48,280 nt of DNA, taken from NCBI GenBank assembly GCA_964593005.1, contig CAZQGT010000004.1:1-48280 (forward strand), written 5' to 3'. Origin of the DNA: an uncultured Planctomycetales bacterium. Lineage in GTDB: Bacteria > Omnitrophota > Gorgyraeia > Gygaellales > Profunditerraquicolaceae. A model generated the notes under the pieces. It was not told the origin of the DNA. It did no database searches and was given only the letters and a program-made list of their open reading frames with translations. The position numbers were made by a program, and so were the translations under genes. Shown in pieces: positions 35,301 through 44,637 of the stretch. Within the stretch, counting starts at the first letter, position 1. The number at the start of each line of letters is the position of its first letter.

Positions 35301-38055
35301 TCCGGGTTATATTGGCGTTACCTTTTGAGATCAAATCCATAATTTCAAGGCTTGAATCGTAACCGGATTCAATGGTTTTAGCTATACTGCCATCGTCATT
35401 TTTAGCAATGCCGTTTTCAATTAAATATTTTATAGTTGGGGTATAGGGAAGAGTATTTACGATAAGCGTACCCTGCAACGGATGAACATATATCCCCGCG
35501 GGATAAGCAGCAGCAATTTTTTCAGTAATGACACCTTTTTTAAGCATATCCGCGCCTTTTGATCCGGTAGAAGCAAGCAGGAATTCCTGAGGGTTAACTT
35601 CTAGACCAATGGCATTGGCATCTGTTTTTAATTTATTCCAAGTTGGATTTTTATCACTGAAGGAATTCTTAAATATTTCATTGTATGCCTTTATGGCAAT
35701 AGCGTTAGCTACCTGGCCATGGGCGTTTTCAGGTGTGAGATTGTTCTCTTCAAAATATACATCCCAGCGGGATATAAAAAAGCTGGCTACAGAATATACA
35801 CGGTTAAACTCATCTTTGCTTAGCCTGCCTTCTTTTACGTTAATTAAGCCGCGTTGTAAACCGCGGATATATGCGTCAACAACCTTTTGATAATGCTCTG
35901 GGGTAAAGATCAACGTTACGTTGACATTCCGTCCGCGGGAGATTACTTCTTCTATTATCTTGTATCCGATGTGATTATCAATACCATCTGCATCAGAGCT
36001 CAAAGCGACTTTGATCATCATATGTGTTGGGTTAATGTCTGTCCAAAGTAGCGCCTCTTTTAATGCTTCCGCGACGTCTGCATTATTAACCGCAGGGTTA
36101 AGTTCAACACTGAATTTGGCGTCTTTTATGCCAGCTTTCTCAAAAATTTCCAACGCGGTTTTAGCTAATTCACTGACAAGCTGATAGTAGATAGTCTTCT
36201 TATCTAAACCTTGAGCTGCCAATTCTTTTGCCTTATCAATTACTCGTTGGTCGCTAAAATAGGCCTTGATCAGAGAAGGATTGGTAGTAACCCCGTTTAT
36301 GCCATGGGTGCGTACTAAGTTCTCAAATTCTCCGGAAAGCAGCATCTCAAAAGTCAGGCCGTCAAGCCAGATCCTCTGGTTGATGTCGGCGTAAACACGT
36401 AAGGATGTGACCGGTTGGATAGAAATTGGACTTGAAGAAGACGGCTCAAGGAATACCTGAAAATCATCCTCGGTAGACTGACCCAGTTCTTTACTGACCT
36501 CCCCATTGGCAACTGCTGTCAAGCTGAGAGTGTTATTATTAGTATTATGAGTTATTTTAATATTGGCATGGAATCCTTTTCTTTTATATTCCCATTCGTT
36601 GGAATTTGTAGGATAGATGTTCTCTCCAGATAGCCATAGCGAAATGTTTTGTCCCAAAACTTCATTTTTCGTTTTTGCCTCAAAAAGCAGCCATCTTTTA
36701 TCGCTATCAGAGAAATATTGATAGACAGCTATTCGTGCTTTTCCTTTTGCCATTTCCGCTGGAATAGGGCTGATTGTGAGAGAATTATTACTATGGTTTC
36801 TGGAAGTAAACATACCCAAACTTTGAGATATCATTGGGCTTGAGCTGATTCCCTGGGAAAGCGAGATAGGGTTATTGATAGTTGCTGTGCCAAAGAAAGG
36901 CACCAGGCCGTTTTTGGTGGCCGCAGCCATAAATACGGGGTTAGAGCTGGAACCGGTGAACCCGGCAATTATTGGGCTGCTTCCCTTGTTTTGCGAGGTA
37001 ATGTTCATATTGGCGCTGAATTCAAGGCCGCCGCTGAAGTAGCTTCTGATCGATGGTCCGGATAATGCGTTTATGTTAGTTTTAAGGTTATATTCACCAT
37101 TTTTAAAGGATGTTTGATATTGTTCGAAATAGGTATTTTTTGACCAGGTTTCTTTAGAGGTAAGTCCCTGGAGATTGGATTTATTAATATAGGAAGCATA
37201 TAAACCACCCTTGCCATAGAACCTTGATTTAAACCAGCGGGCCAGAATTAATGAATAGTAAACCTGTCTAAGGGCAGCATAGTTTTTATCATTGTTGACC
37301 TTTTTTACTAATTCTGGAAGGATAAATTCACGGATAAGTTGAGATGAGTATTCGTTGAGTTCTTTTGCGCGGTTGTCTTCAAAGTTATAATTTGCGGATT
37401 CTTTTAAGTGGTCTTGCTCAAGCAACACTTTTAAGGTTGCCTTATAAATATACGCACTGTTGCCTTCGGCTTCGCGTATGATGATTTCACCGGGCACAAT
37501 CCAGGGCCGGGTTAATGTCGGAATATTTACATTTTGAGTGCCATAGATCTGGTTTGCTCTTTCATAAAGTTTATCCCAATATAATTTTCCAAGCGGGGAA
37601 TCAGGTGTAGTGAGGCTAGCCGTGTCTTTTTTTAGCTGGACATCCGCTTCAAGGAATACTTTACCGATATCGGTTTTAGCCAGTTCATCCTGAATAATAT
37701 TATCTGCTGAATCAGGACGCAGGTTTACCCAGAAGCTATCATCAGGAAGAGTCACCCCAATAAGGAAATATTTTAAAAGTTCTTTTCCTGATTCTTCAAG
37801 TTTTAAATCTTTTAAGTCCTTCAGGTCCCCTTTATCCAAAAGGAGCTGGATGTTATTTGAGGTATTATCATAAGAAAGATACCTTAAGTGCGGCAGGCGA
37901 AGCTTGTTTTGTGTAATGTTTGGCCCAAGACTGGCAAAATGCGAGCTAAGGTTAAGTTCAGCTGCTACTTGAGCAAAACCAGTTTGAGTGAAGAAAAGGA
38001 TGAAAGATAGAAACAGCGATAAGACCTTACGGGTGAGATTTACTTTGCTTGCCAT
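32377..38055 (-). CDS. Large exported modular protein: N-terminal domain / unknown domain / transaldolase / phosphoglucose-isomerase-like / GGIDF C-terminal domain, separated by SSP linkers
   Basis: Signal peptide (RKVLSLFLSFILFFTQTGFA). Transaldolase motifs: IWLD, GVTTNPS, MMIKV, NVNVTLIF, SVASFFISR.D, ASTGSK. PGI/SIS motifs: IGIGG, SKSGST.E, GGRF, EQLF.ES.GK, NQP.VE.AK, DQH. Confidence 0.85.
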   Translation of the reverse strand: MASKVNLTRKVLSLFLSFILFFTQTGFAQVAAELNLSSHFASLGPNITQNKLRLPHLRYLSYDNTSNNIQLLLDKGDLKDLKDLKLEESGKELLKYFLIGVTLPDDSFWVNLRPDSADNIIQDELAKTDIGKVFLEADVQLKKDTASLTTPDSPLGKLYWDKLYERANQIYGTQNVNIPTLTRPWIVPGEIIIREAEGNSAYIYKATLKVLLEQDHLKESANYNFEDNRAKELNEYSSQLIREFILPELVKKVNNDKNYAALRQVYYSLILARWFKSRFYGKGGLYASYINKSNLQGLTSKETWSKNTYFEQYQTSFKNGEYNLKTNINALSGPSIRSYFSGGLEFSANMNITSQNKGSSPIIAGFTGSSSNPVFMAAATKNGLVPFFGTATINNPISLSQGISSSPMISQSLGMFTSRNHSNNSLTISPIPAEMAKGKARIAVYQYFSDSDKRWLLFEAKTKNEVLGQNISLWLSGENIYPTNSNEWEYKRKGFHANIKITHNTNNNTLSLTAVANGEVSKELGQSTEDDFQVFLEPSSSSPISIQPVTSLRVYADINQRIWLDGLTFEMLLSGEFENLVRTHGINGVTTNPSLIKAYFSDQRVIDKAKELAAQGLDKKTIYYQLVSELAKTALEIFEKAGIKDAKFSVELNPAVNNADVAEALKEALLWTDINPTHMMIKVALSSDADGIDNHIGYKIIEEVISRGRNVNVTLIFTPEHYQKVVDAYIRGLQRGLINVKEGRLSKDEFNRVYSVASFFISRWDVYFEENNLTPENAHGQVANAIAIKAYNEIFKNSFSDKNPTWNKLKTDANAIGLEVNPQEFLLASTGSKGADMLKKGVITEKIAAAYPAGIYVHPLQGTLIVNTLPYTPTIKYLIENGIAKNDDGSIAKTIESGYDSSLEIMDLISKGNANITRIGAILLKNATTAFSNDYISVQNTLDNIVSGNTSSSPVNPPMRYQDATIAFEGFEETDPEVFNSLPVKLAANYELTGEIKQYPEPTGQLNSRFGYKDPNGALRMDNRKPITEWVSQVKNNGAKVMLHIGIGGQGKSNSVQAEYWGEDKEAKIIVLDRIGVSIKQLFQNLLNSGYNIYEIVLHASSKSGSTDEPLTIYQESLNEFLRLMGIAEGMTPKDAQALSVRFSAFLKDFNNGKSKSALFKGIPVDDFNQQFNEKERLAIGKVLERIVFTTSLNPDASRLYAFALGMKELKIANISVFDFSEYTGGRFTENCESGSVTQAFQGLNITQITEGLQKQASNYWGTDGNNPEKNSALRAAILTRKLNPPVMLVSVRSSNATSEALQKEQLFPESNGKDGQGIWVVVSAGQEEMNRKIGQIKQQTGKAPLVIVVEQKGFAPMAVPQDVPVIRYFKEEISPLANAKFALWFQEFTVRYGLLSLADLVAENNITLNIPVVGAALMNKSVLENKPNFWWLRDPQNQPMVELAKGVLVSVLSTLDKSDEATRARYMDVEKRIKNGEYILDEEINLTDQERETNLSAEEKNKLLQETAINLVQADENISVSAEDSISFAKLVSTINEINNLKHKNEELAAKMKLAIEENNDKRIQIQLLIEKNDEQIYELYKSIRGYGKGKLSDNQMEEAARKLATLMLIARGKKKVVSPVFYTAYPNADILGEMLQSIDYGIGTRDQHANFQGRLDGNDAVFTLLVDFVKSYEAVVQSESKISTYGLANDYLDGAYPDEERRQFLKAEFRSLSGDVTTDAINYQGETYKKRFFRDVAIVTLPDISTFDGLITAFGIFNRAQQLFESTSSSPINTEKSKRGGIDFRILPMNIQAVGSFEGLTFSLPPAATLTQININKELIEISQMVDNGIAPSSERIKELIGACYHKQELANHQEELVSCLMRICKLEEDMAIPTDANIKEAIVIADSVR

Positions 38056-38108
38056 GGGGTTTCTCCTTATTAAGGTTTATACTTTTAAAAAGTCCTTATT
38101 AAGAATCT

Positions 38109-38135
38109 AAAAAAATTAGCCAACCTTGACTAATT
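38109..38135 (-). terminator. Terminator-like hairpin within the 5' leader of the 1892-aa gene
   Basis: The minus strand reads AATTAGTCAA-GG-TTGGCTAATT-TTTTT, between the predicted promoter and the RBS. Confidence 0.5.
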
Positions 38136-38188
38136 GCTTTAGTTTTGCCCGTGGCAGGCAAAAACAGATTTGCGCAAAACTTTTTTAT

Positions 38189-38216
38189 AGTTTAACATAT
38201 TATTAGGATTTGTCAA
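38189..38216 (-). promoter_or_regulatory. Sigma70 promoter of the 1892-aa gene
   Basis: TTGACA-16 bp-TAAACT with an extended TG. Confidence 0.6.
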
Positions 38217-38240
38217 GAAAAATTGCGGATTTTTAGGTGA

Positions 38241-38285
38241 AAACAAAGACAGCGGCCATTTTAATGACGACCGCTGTCTTTGTTT
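38241..38285. terminator. Hairpin downstream of groEL, related to the GACAGCG(A/G)CCATT palindrome family
   Basis: AAACAAAGACAGCGG-N15-CCGCTGTCTTTGTTT 15-bp perfect stem. Confidence 0.7.
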
Positions 38286-38317
38286 ATATTCAACTGTTGA
38301 TTATTTTCTACTGTTTT

Positions 38318-39964
<1,647 letters not shown>

Positions 39965-39978
39965 TTAGTCCTCCTTAA

Positions 39979-40269
39979 TTACTTGATTATAGCTAAAATA
40001 TCCTCTTCGCGTAAGATAAGCAACTCTTCGCCTTCTTTGGTAGTAATTTCATTGCCGGAATATTTTCCGTATAATACCTTGTCACCAACTTTAACTTCTG
40101 GAGCCTGAACAGTACCGTTATCCAGTACTTTGCCTTTGCCAACTGCAACGACTTTTGCCTCTTGCGGTTTTTCTTTAGCCGTATCCGGTAGGACAATTCC
40201 GCCTTTAGTTTTATTTTCTGCTTCTAAAGGTTTGACTACTATGCGGTCTCCTAATGGTTTAATCTCCAT
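39979..40269 (-). CDS. groES: Co-chaperonin GroES
   Basis: [30 protein letters not shown]. Confidence 0.98.
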   Translation of the reverse strand: MEIKPLGDRIVVKPLEAENKTKGGIVLPDTAKEKPQEAKVVAVGKGKVLDNGTVQAPEVKVGDKVLYGKYSGNEITTKEGEELLILREEDILAIIK

Positions 40270-40302
40270 CTTGTCACCTCCTTAAGAATAATGTTGTTAT
40301 TT

Positions 40303-40329
40303 TTAGCACTCTTTTCTCTAGAGTGCTAA
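40303..40329. promoter_or_regulatory. CIRCE element (HrcA operator)
   Basis: Perfect TTAGCACTC-N9-GAGTGCTAA upstream of groES. Confidence 0.96.
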
Positions 40330-40356
40330 TTATAGACAAAAAAATTTTATTGTCAA
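40329..40356 (-). promoter_or_regulatory. Sigma70 promoter of groES-groEL
   Basis: TTGACA-16 bp-TATAAT immediately upstream of the CIRCE. Confidence 0.85.
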
Positions 40357-40389
40357 GTTTTTTTTATATTTTTATAGACAAAGTTTTTC

Positions 40390-41025
40390 TCATCGCCATT
40401 GCCATAACCATTCTTTGCGTGCCTGGCTTGAGATTTCATTAACCATGCTCTCCATTTTAGTGTCGCTGTTCAATAAGCTGAATTCACCGTTATTGTAAAT
40501 AAAGCTTAAGGTGCATATGTTGGTAACTGTGTATAAATACGGTTTGATATCGCTGACATTAGAATGATGGGATTTCTCCGCATAAAGTTCTTCTATTATA
40601 ATTACTGTGGCTTTATATGTCGGGACTACAGATTCAGTCTTAAATATATCGTTGTCAGTCACGCTGTACTTATATCCTCTCAGGTAGTATTCGTAGTTTA
40701 CCGGCAGGATCATGGCAACCCGCGCCTGTTTATCCCAATCCTGGGGAATAACCCTACCTAACTGTTCTTTTCTTTTTTCTTCAGTAGCGGAGAGCCAATT
40801 TTCCGTCGCTTGCCCCAGGCGAAAGTTAAGCTGGGCCCTTAGTTCGTCCTGTTCGTTTTGTTTTTTTGTTTCAAAATCTTTCAACGCCTGTTCCACGGCT
40901 GTTTTTGTTTCGTTAGTTTCTTTCAGGGCATCCGAAGGTTGAGCATAAAAGGCCTGCGGCAGAATGGACAGGCCCAGGATGATTATTATACTGATTTTAA
41001 GGTTAGCTATCTTTTTTGGTCCCAT
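40390..41025 (-). CDS. Hypothetical exported protein
   Basis: 211-aa ORF with an N-terminal signal peptide or anchor, overlapping the coaX end. No recognisable family. Confidence 0.7.
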   Translation of the reverse strand: MGPKKIANLKISIIIILGLSILPQAFYAQPSDALKETNETKTAVEQALKDFETKKQNEQDELRAQLNFRLGQATENWLSATEEKRKEQLGRVIPQDWDKQARVAMILPVNYEYYLRGYKYSVTDNDIFKTESVVPTYKATVIIIEELYAEKSHHSNVSDIKPYLYTVTNICTLSFIYNNGEFSLLNSDTKMESMVNEISSQARKEWLWQWR

Positions 41026-41752
41026 TCTTATAAATAAGGTAAATTCCTCTTAGGGTTAGATTTTTATCAATCTTGATATTTGTTTTAGAGTATTTCTTGA
41101 TCCGGCAGATATTCCCTCCGGTGCCGATAACCAGAGAAGCTTTGCCGACATCTTGTTTGATTCTTCGGATTAGCCCGCTGCATAATTCAGCTGTGCCGAG
41201 AACAATTCCGTTTAAAATGCTGCTTTCAGTGTTTTTTCCAATTAGTGTTTTAGGATTAGCTAATTTTACCTCTGGCAACAATGCTGTTTTTTCTGCCAGG
41301 GCCTTAAGAGACATATCCATGCCTGGAGTAATTAACCCTCCTAAGTATTCGTTCTTCCTGGAAATTACATCAAAGGTAACAGCAGTCCCTGAATCTATGA
41401 CTATCAACGGTGTTTTATAGAATATACTTGCCGCGTAGGCATTTACCAACCGATCCTGGCCTACCTGTTTTGGTTTATGGTAAAGGTTTTTTATTGGGGC
41501 TTTTAGGTTCTTACCTATAATATAGGGTAACTTTCCGGTTAAAGAAAGCAGGCTGTTTGAAACAAGCTTAGTTTGTTTTGGGACAACACTGCAGATTACG
41601 CTAGCGGATATTCTAGGGAGATTCTTAAGTTTTTTGCTTAAGATGGCCCTGGAATAATTTTTTGAAGGAATATCAAATTTTTTAATCAGCCTGCTGCCCT
41701 TAAATATGCCACAGGAAATATTGGTATTGCCGATATCAATAGCCAGTAACAT
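41003..41752 (-). CDS. coaX: Type III pantothenate kinase
   Basis: LAIDIGNTN, SVVP, VGQDR..NA, VIDSGTA.TFD, GG.I.PG, IGTGG, LTL.G. Confidence 0.94.
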   Translation of the reverse strand: MLLAIDIGNTNISCGIFKGSRLIKKFDIPSKNYSRAILSKKLKNLPRISASVICSVVPKQTKLVSNSLLSLTGKLPYIIGKNLKAPIKNLYHKPKQVGQDRLVNAYAASIFYKTPLIVIDSGTAVTFDVISRKNEYLGGLITPGMDMSLKALAEKTALLPEVKLANPKTLIGKNTESSILNGIVLGTAELCSGLIRRIKQDVGKASLVIGTGGNICRIKKYSKTNIKIDKNLTLRGIYLIYKNGTKKDS

Positions 41753-41779
41753 AGCTTAACTCTTGCCTCCGCAGACCGC

Positions 41780-43750
41780 TTACTTATGTTTTAGGCTGGT
41801 GATTTCCTTAATTTTATCTCTTAATCCGGCTGCTTTTTCAAATAGCAGGTTACGGGCAGCCAGTTCCATTTCATATTCTAACTCAGAAATGTATTTATGC
41901 AACTGGTATTGCTCTTGTGGCTCTCCGGTTAGCTCCCGCACAAATTCACCGGCTTCATCCAGTACCTCAATTCCTTCTTTAATTGATTTTTGAATTGAGC
42001 GGGGAGTAATCGCGTTTTTCTTGTTAAATTCTATCTGAAGTTTTCTTCTGCGCCTGCTTTCGCTGATAGCTTTTTTCATAGAACCGGTAATAGTATCCGC
42101 ATACATTATTACCGTACCGTTTATGTTGCGTGCTGCGCGGCCTCCGACTTGTATAAGGCTGGTAGCCGAGCGCAGGAATCCCTCTTTGTCCGCGTCCAGG
42201 ATCGCTACTAATGAAACTTCGGGCAAATCCAGGCCTTCTCGTAGCAAGTTTATCCCTACCAGGCAGTCAAACTTTTTTTCCCTTAATTCCTTAAGTATCT
42301 TTGAACGCTCTATGGTTTTTATTTCAGAATGCAGGTATTTTACCTTGATTCCGTTTTCAGCCAGGTAATTAGCCAAATCTTCGGACATCCTTTTTGTTAA
42401 AGTGGTTACCAGTACTCTTTCTTTGTTTTTTGCCCGTTGTTTAATCTGGATAATTAAATCTTCGATCTGTCCGGCTGTTGGTTTAACTATTATTTCCGGG
42501 TCAATTAGCCCGGTAGGCCGGATGACTTGTTGAATAACCTTATGGCTGCTTAATTTCAGTTCATATTCGTCAGGGGTGGCTGAAACAAAAATTGTCTGTT
42601 TTGTGAGTTGGCTAAATTCGTTAAATTTTAACGGCCGGTTATCCAGACAAGATGGAAGCCTGAATCCGTATTCAACAAGGGTCTCTTTTCTCGCCTTGTC
42701 TCCGGCGTACATACCTTTTATTTGCGGTATAGTGGCGTGGGATTCATCTATTATAGTCAGGAAGTCTCCCGGGAAATAATCAATCATTGAATATGGCCGG
42801 CTGAGCGCAGGCCTGCCGCTCAAGTGGCGGGAATAGTTTTCTATCCCATGGCAGTAACCTATTTCTTTGAGCATCTCTACGTCATAATTTGTGCGTGACT
42901 CTAGGCGTTGAGCTTCCAGTAATTTGTTTCTTTGCCTCAAGTTCTTAAGCTGACCAGCTAGTTCCTCCTTGATTGAAGCAATTGCCCCTTCCACTTTTTC
43001 TCCGGATACGATAAAGTGTTTAGCAGGATAAACAGCTATTTTTTCTATATTGCTCAATAGTTTAGCTGATACAGGCTCAAATACGGAGATTTTGTTTATG
43101 CTGTCCCCGTTTAATTCTATACGTATTGCCTTTTCGCTGTACGAAGGGAATATTTCAATAATCTCCCCGCGTACCCGGATTTTACCGCGTTTAAATTCGT
43201 AGTCATTGCGCTCGTATTGAATCTGGATTAGCCTGGATATTAATTCTTCGCGCGCCAGTCGGTCATTCTTATTCAGGATTAAAAGATGCCCCTGGTAGTC
43301 TTGGGGAGAGCCTAAATTATAGATGCAGGAAACCGAGGCTACAACAATTACATCCTGGCGGCTCATCAGCGAGGTAGTTGCGGATAGCCTTAGGCGGTCC
43401 AGACGCTCGTTTATTGAGGAGTCTTTTTCAATATACGTGTCTGTTGATGGAATATACGCTTCCGGCTGGTAGTAATCATAGTAGCTTACGAAATACTCAA
43501 CTGCGTTATGCGGAAAGAATTCTTTAAATTCAGAATACAACTGGGCGGCCAGTGTTTTATTGTGTGAGATTATCAGTGTGGGCATATTTACTTTAGCTAT
43601 TAGGTTAGCTAAGGTAAAGGTCTTGCCGCTGCCGGTAACTCCCAGCAGAGTGGTATGGCGGTTTCTAGAAAGTATTGCTTTGTTCAGTTCTTGGATTGCT
43701 TTTGGCTGGTCGCCGCAAGGTTTGAAACTGGAAATAAGCTTAAATTTCAT
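41780..43750 (-). CDS. uvrB: Excinuclease ABC subunit B
   Basis: P.GDQP.AI, GVTGSGKT, YFVSYYDYYQPEAY, GINLLREGLD, FE.AA.LRD. Confidence 0.97.
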   Translation of the reverse strand: MKFKLISSFKPCGDQPKAIQELNKAILSRNRHTTLLGVTGSGKTFTLANLIAKVNMPTLIISHNKTLAAQLYSEFKEFFPHNAVEYFVSYYDYYQPEAYIPSTDTYIEKDSSINERLDRLRLSATTSLMSRQDVIVVASVSCIYNLGSPQDYQGHLLILNKNDRLAREELISRLIQIQYERNDYEFKRGKIRVRGEIIEIFPSYSEKAIRIELNGDSINKISVFEPVSAKLLSNIEKIAVYPAKHFIVSGEKVEGAIASIKEELAGQLKNLRQRNKLLEAQRLESRTNYDVEMLKEIGYCHGIENYSRHLSGRPALSRPYSMIDYFPGDFLTIIDESHATIPQIKGMYAGDKARKETLVEYGFRLPSCLDNRPLKFNEFSQLTKQTIFVSATPDEYELKLSSHKVIQQVIRPTGLIDPEIIVKPTAGQIEDLIIQIKQRAKNKERVLVTTLTKRMSEDLANYLAENGIKVKYLHSEIKTIERSKILKELREKKFDCLVGINLLREGLDLPEVSLVAILDADKEGFLRSATSLIQVGGRAARNINGTVIMYADTITGSMKKAISESRRRRKLQIEFNKKNAITPRSIQKSIKEGIEVLDEAGEFVRELTGEPQEQYQLHKYISELEYEMELAARNLLFEKAAGLRDKIKEITSLKHK

Positions 43751-43755
43751 AAATC

Positions 43756-44637
43756 TTAAACAACATCCAGGCTAACATCAACTGATTCTACCGAGTCAGT
43801 CAATTCTCCTACGGAAATTATATCTACTCCTGTTGCGGCATAATTCTTGATATTGTCAAGGTAGATACCGCCGGATGCCTCGAGCTTGGTTGGAAGGTGG
43901 TGGCTTTTAAAATCAGTGTTATCCCTTATTTTAACCGCCTCTTTAATATCCTCGATGTTCATATTATCAAGCATTATAATATCAGGTTTAAAGTATAGGG
44001 CGTGTTTAAATTCTTCCAGGTTCTGCGCTTCAATTTCAATTTTATAACCTTTGGGCACACTGGGCAGCTTGGTATAGCCGTCAGTTACTTTGATATGATT
44101 GTCTTTAATCAGGATCATTTCATCGAGGCGAATCCTGTGGTTATGCCCGCCTCCGATCCTTACGGCGTATTTTTGCAGCTCTCTTAACCCGGGCATGGTT
44201 TTACGCGTGTCGGTTATCTTTGTTTTGTATGGTTCAATCTCCCGGACAAATTCCCTGGTTTTAGTGGCAATACCGGAAAGAAGCGACAATAAGTTTAAAG
44301 CTACCCGCTCTGCTGTAAGTATACTGCTGGCCTTTCCGGAAATAAGCGCGATTGTTTTGCCAGTCTTGACCAGTCCTCCTTCCTTTATTTTTTGAACAAA
44401 CTCCACGGACGGATCTACGGACTTAAATACTTTTTCTGCTACCACTATTCCGCAAACCAGGAAATCTTCCTTGGCAATAATTTTTGCCTTGATTATTTTA
44501 TCTTTAGGGATAGTAAGTTGTGTAGTAATATCCCCTCTTCCGATGTCTTCAATCAGGGCGTGTCTGATTATGGATTCCAGTTTTTCGGGGTTAATTTCAG
44601 GTTTATTTTCTGACAGGAAGTATTTATCGTAACCCAT
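43756..44637 (-). CDS. nadC: Quinolinate phosphoribosyltransferase
   Basis: EDIG.GDIT, ER.ALN, DTRKT.PG.R, HR..L, LIKDNH, IMLDNM, EASGG. Confidence 0.95.
   Translation of the reverse strand: MGYDKYFLSENKPEINPEKLESIIRHALIEDIGRGDITTQLTIPKDKIIKAKIIAKEDFLVCGIVVAEKVFKSVDPSVEFVQKIKEGGLVKTGKTIALISGKASSILTAERVALNLLSLLSGIATKTREFVREIEPYKTKITDTRKTMPGLRELQKYAVRIGGGHNHRIRLDEMILIKDNHIKVTDGYTKLPSVPKGYKIEIEAQNLEEFKHALYFKPDIIMLDNMNIEDIKEAVKIRDNTDFKSHHLPTKLEASGGIYLDNIKNYAATGVDIISVGELTDSVESVDVSLDVV

Noticed and set aside
38125-38180. c-di-GMP-I (GEMM) riboswitch suggested by GGGCAAAAC
   Set aside because: The GNRA-capped P2 stem and the downstream GACGCAAAGC-type consensus are missing. It is kept only as an unassigned structured leader.
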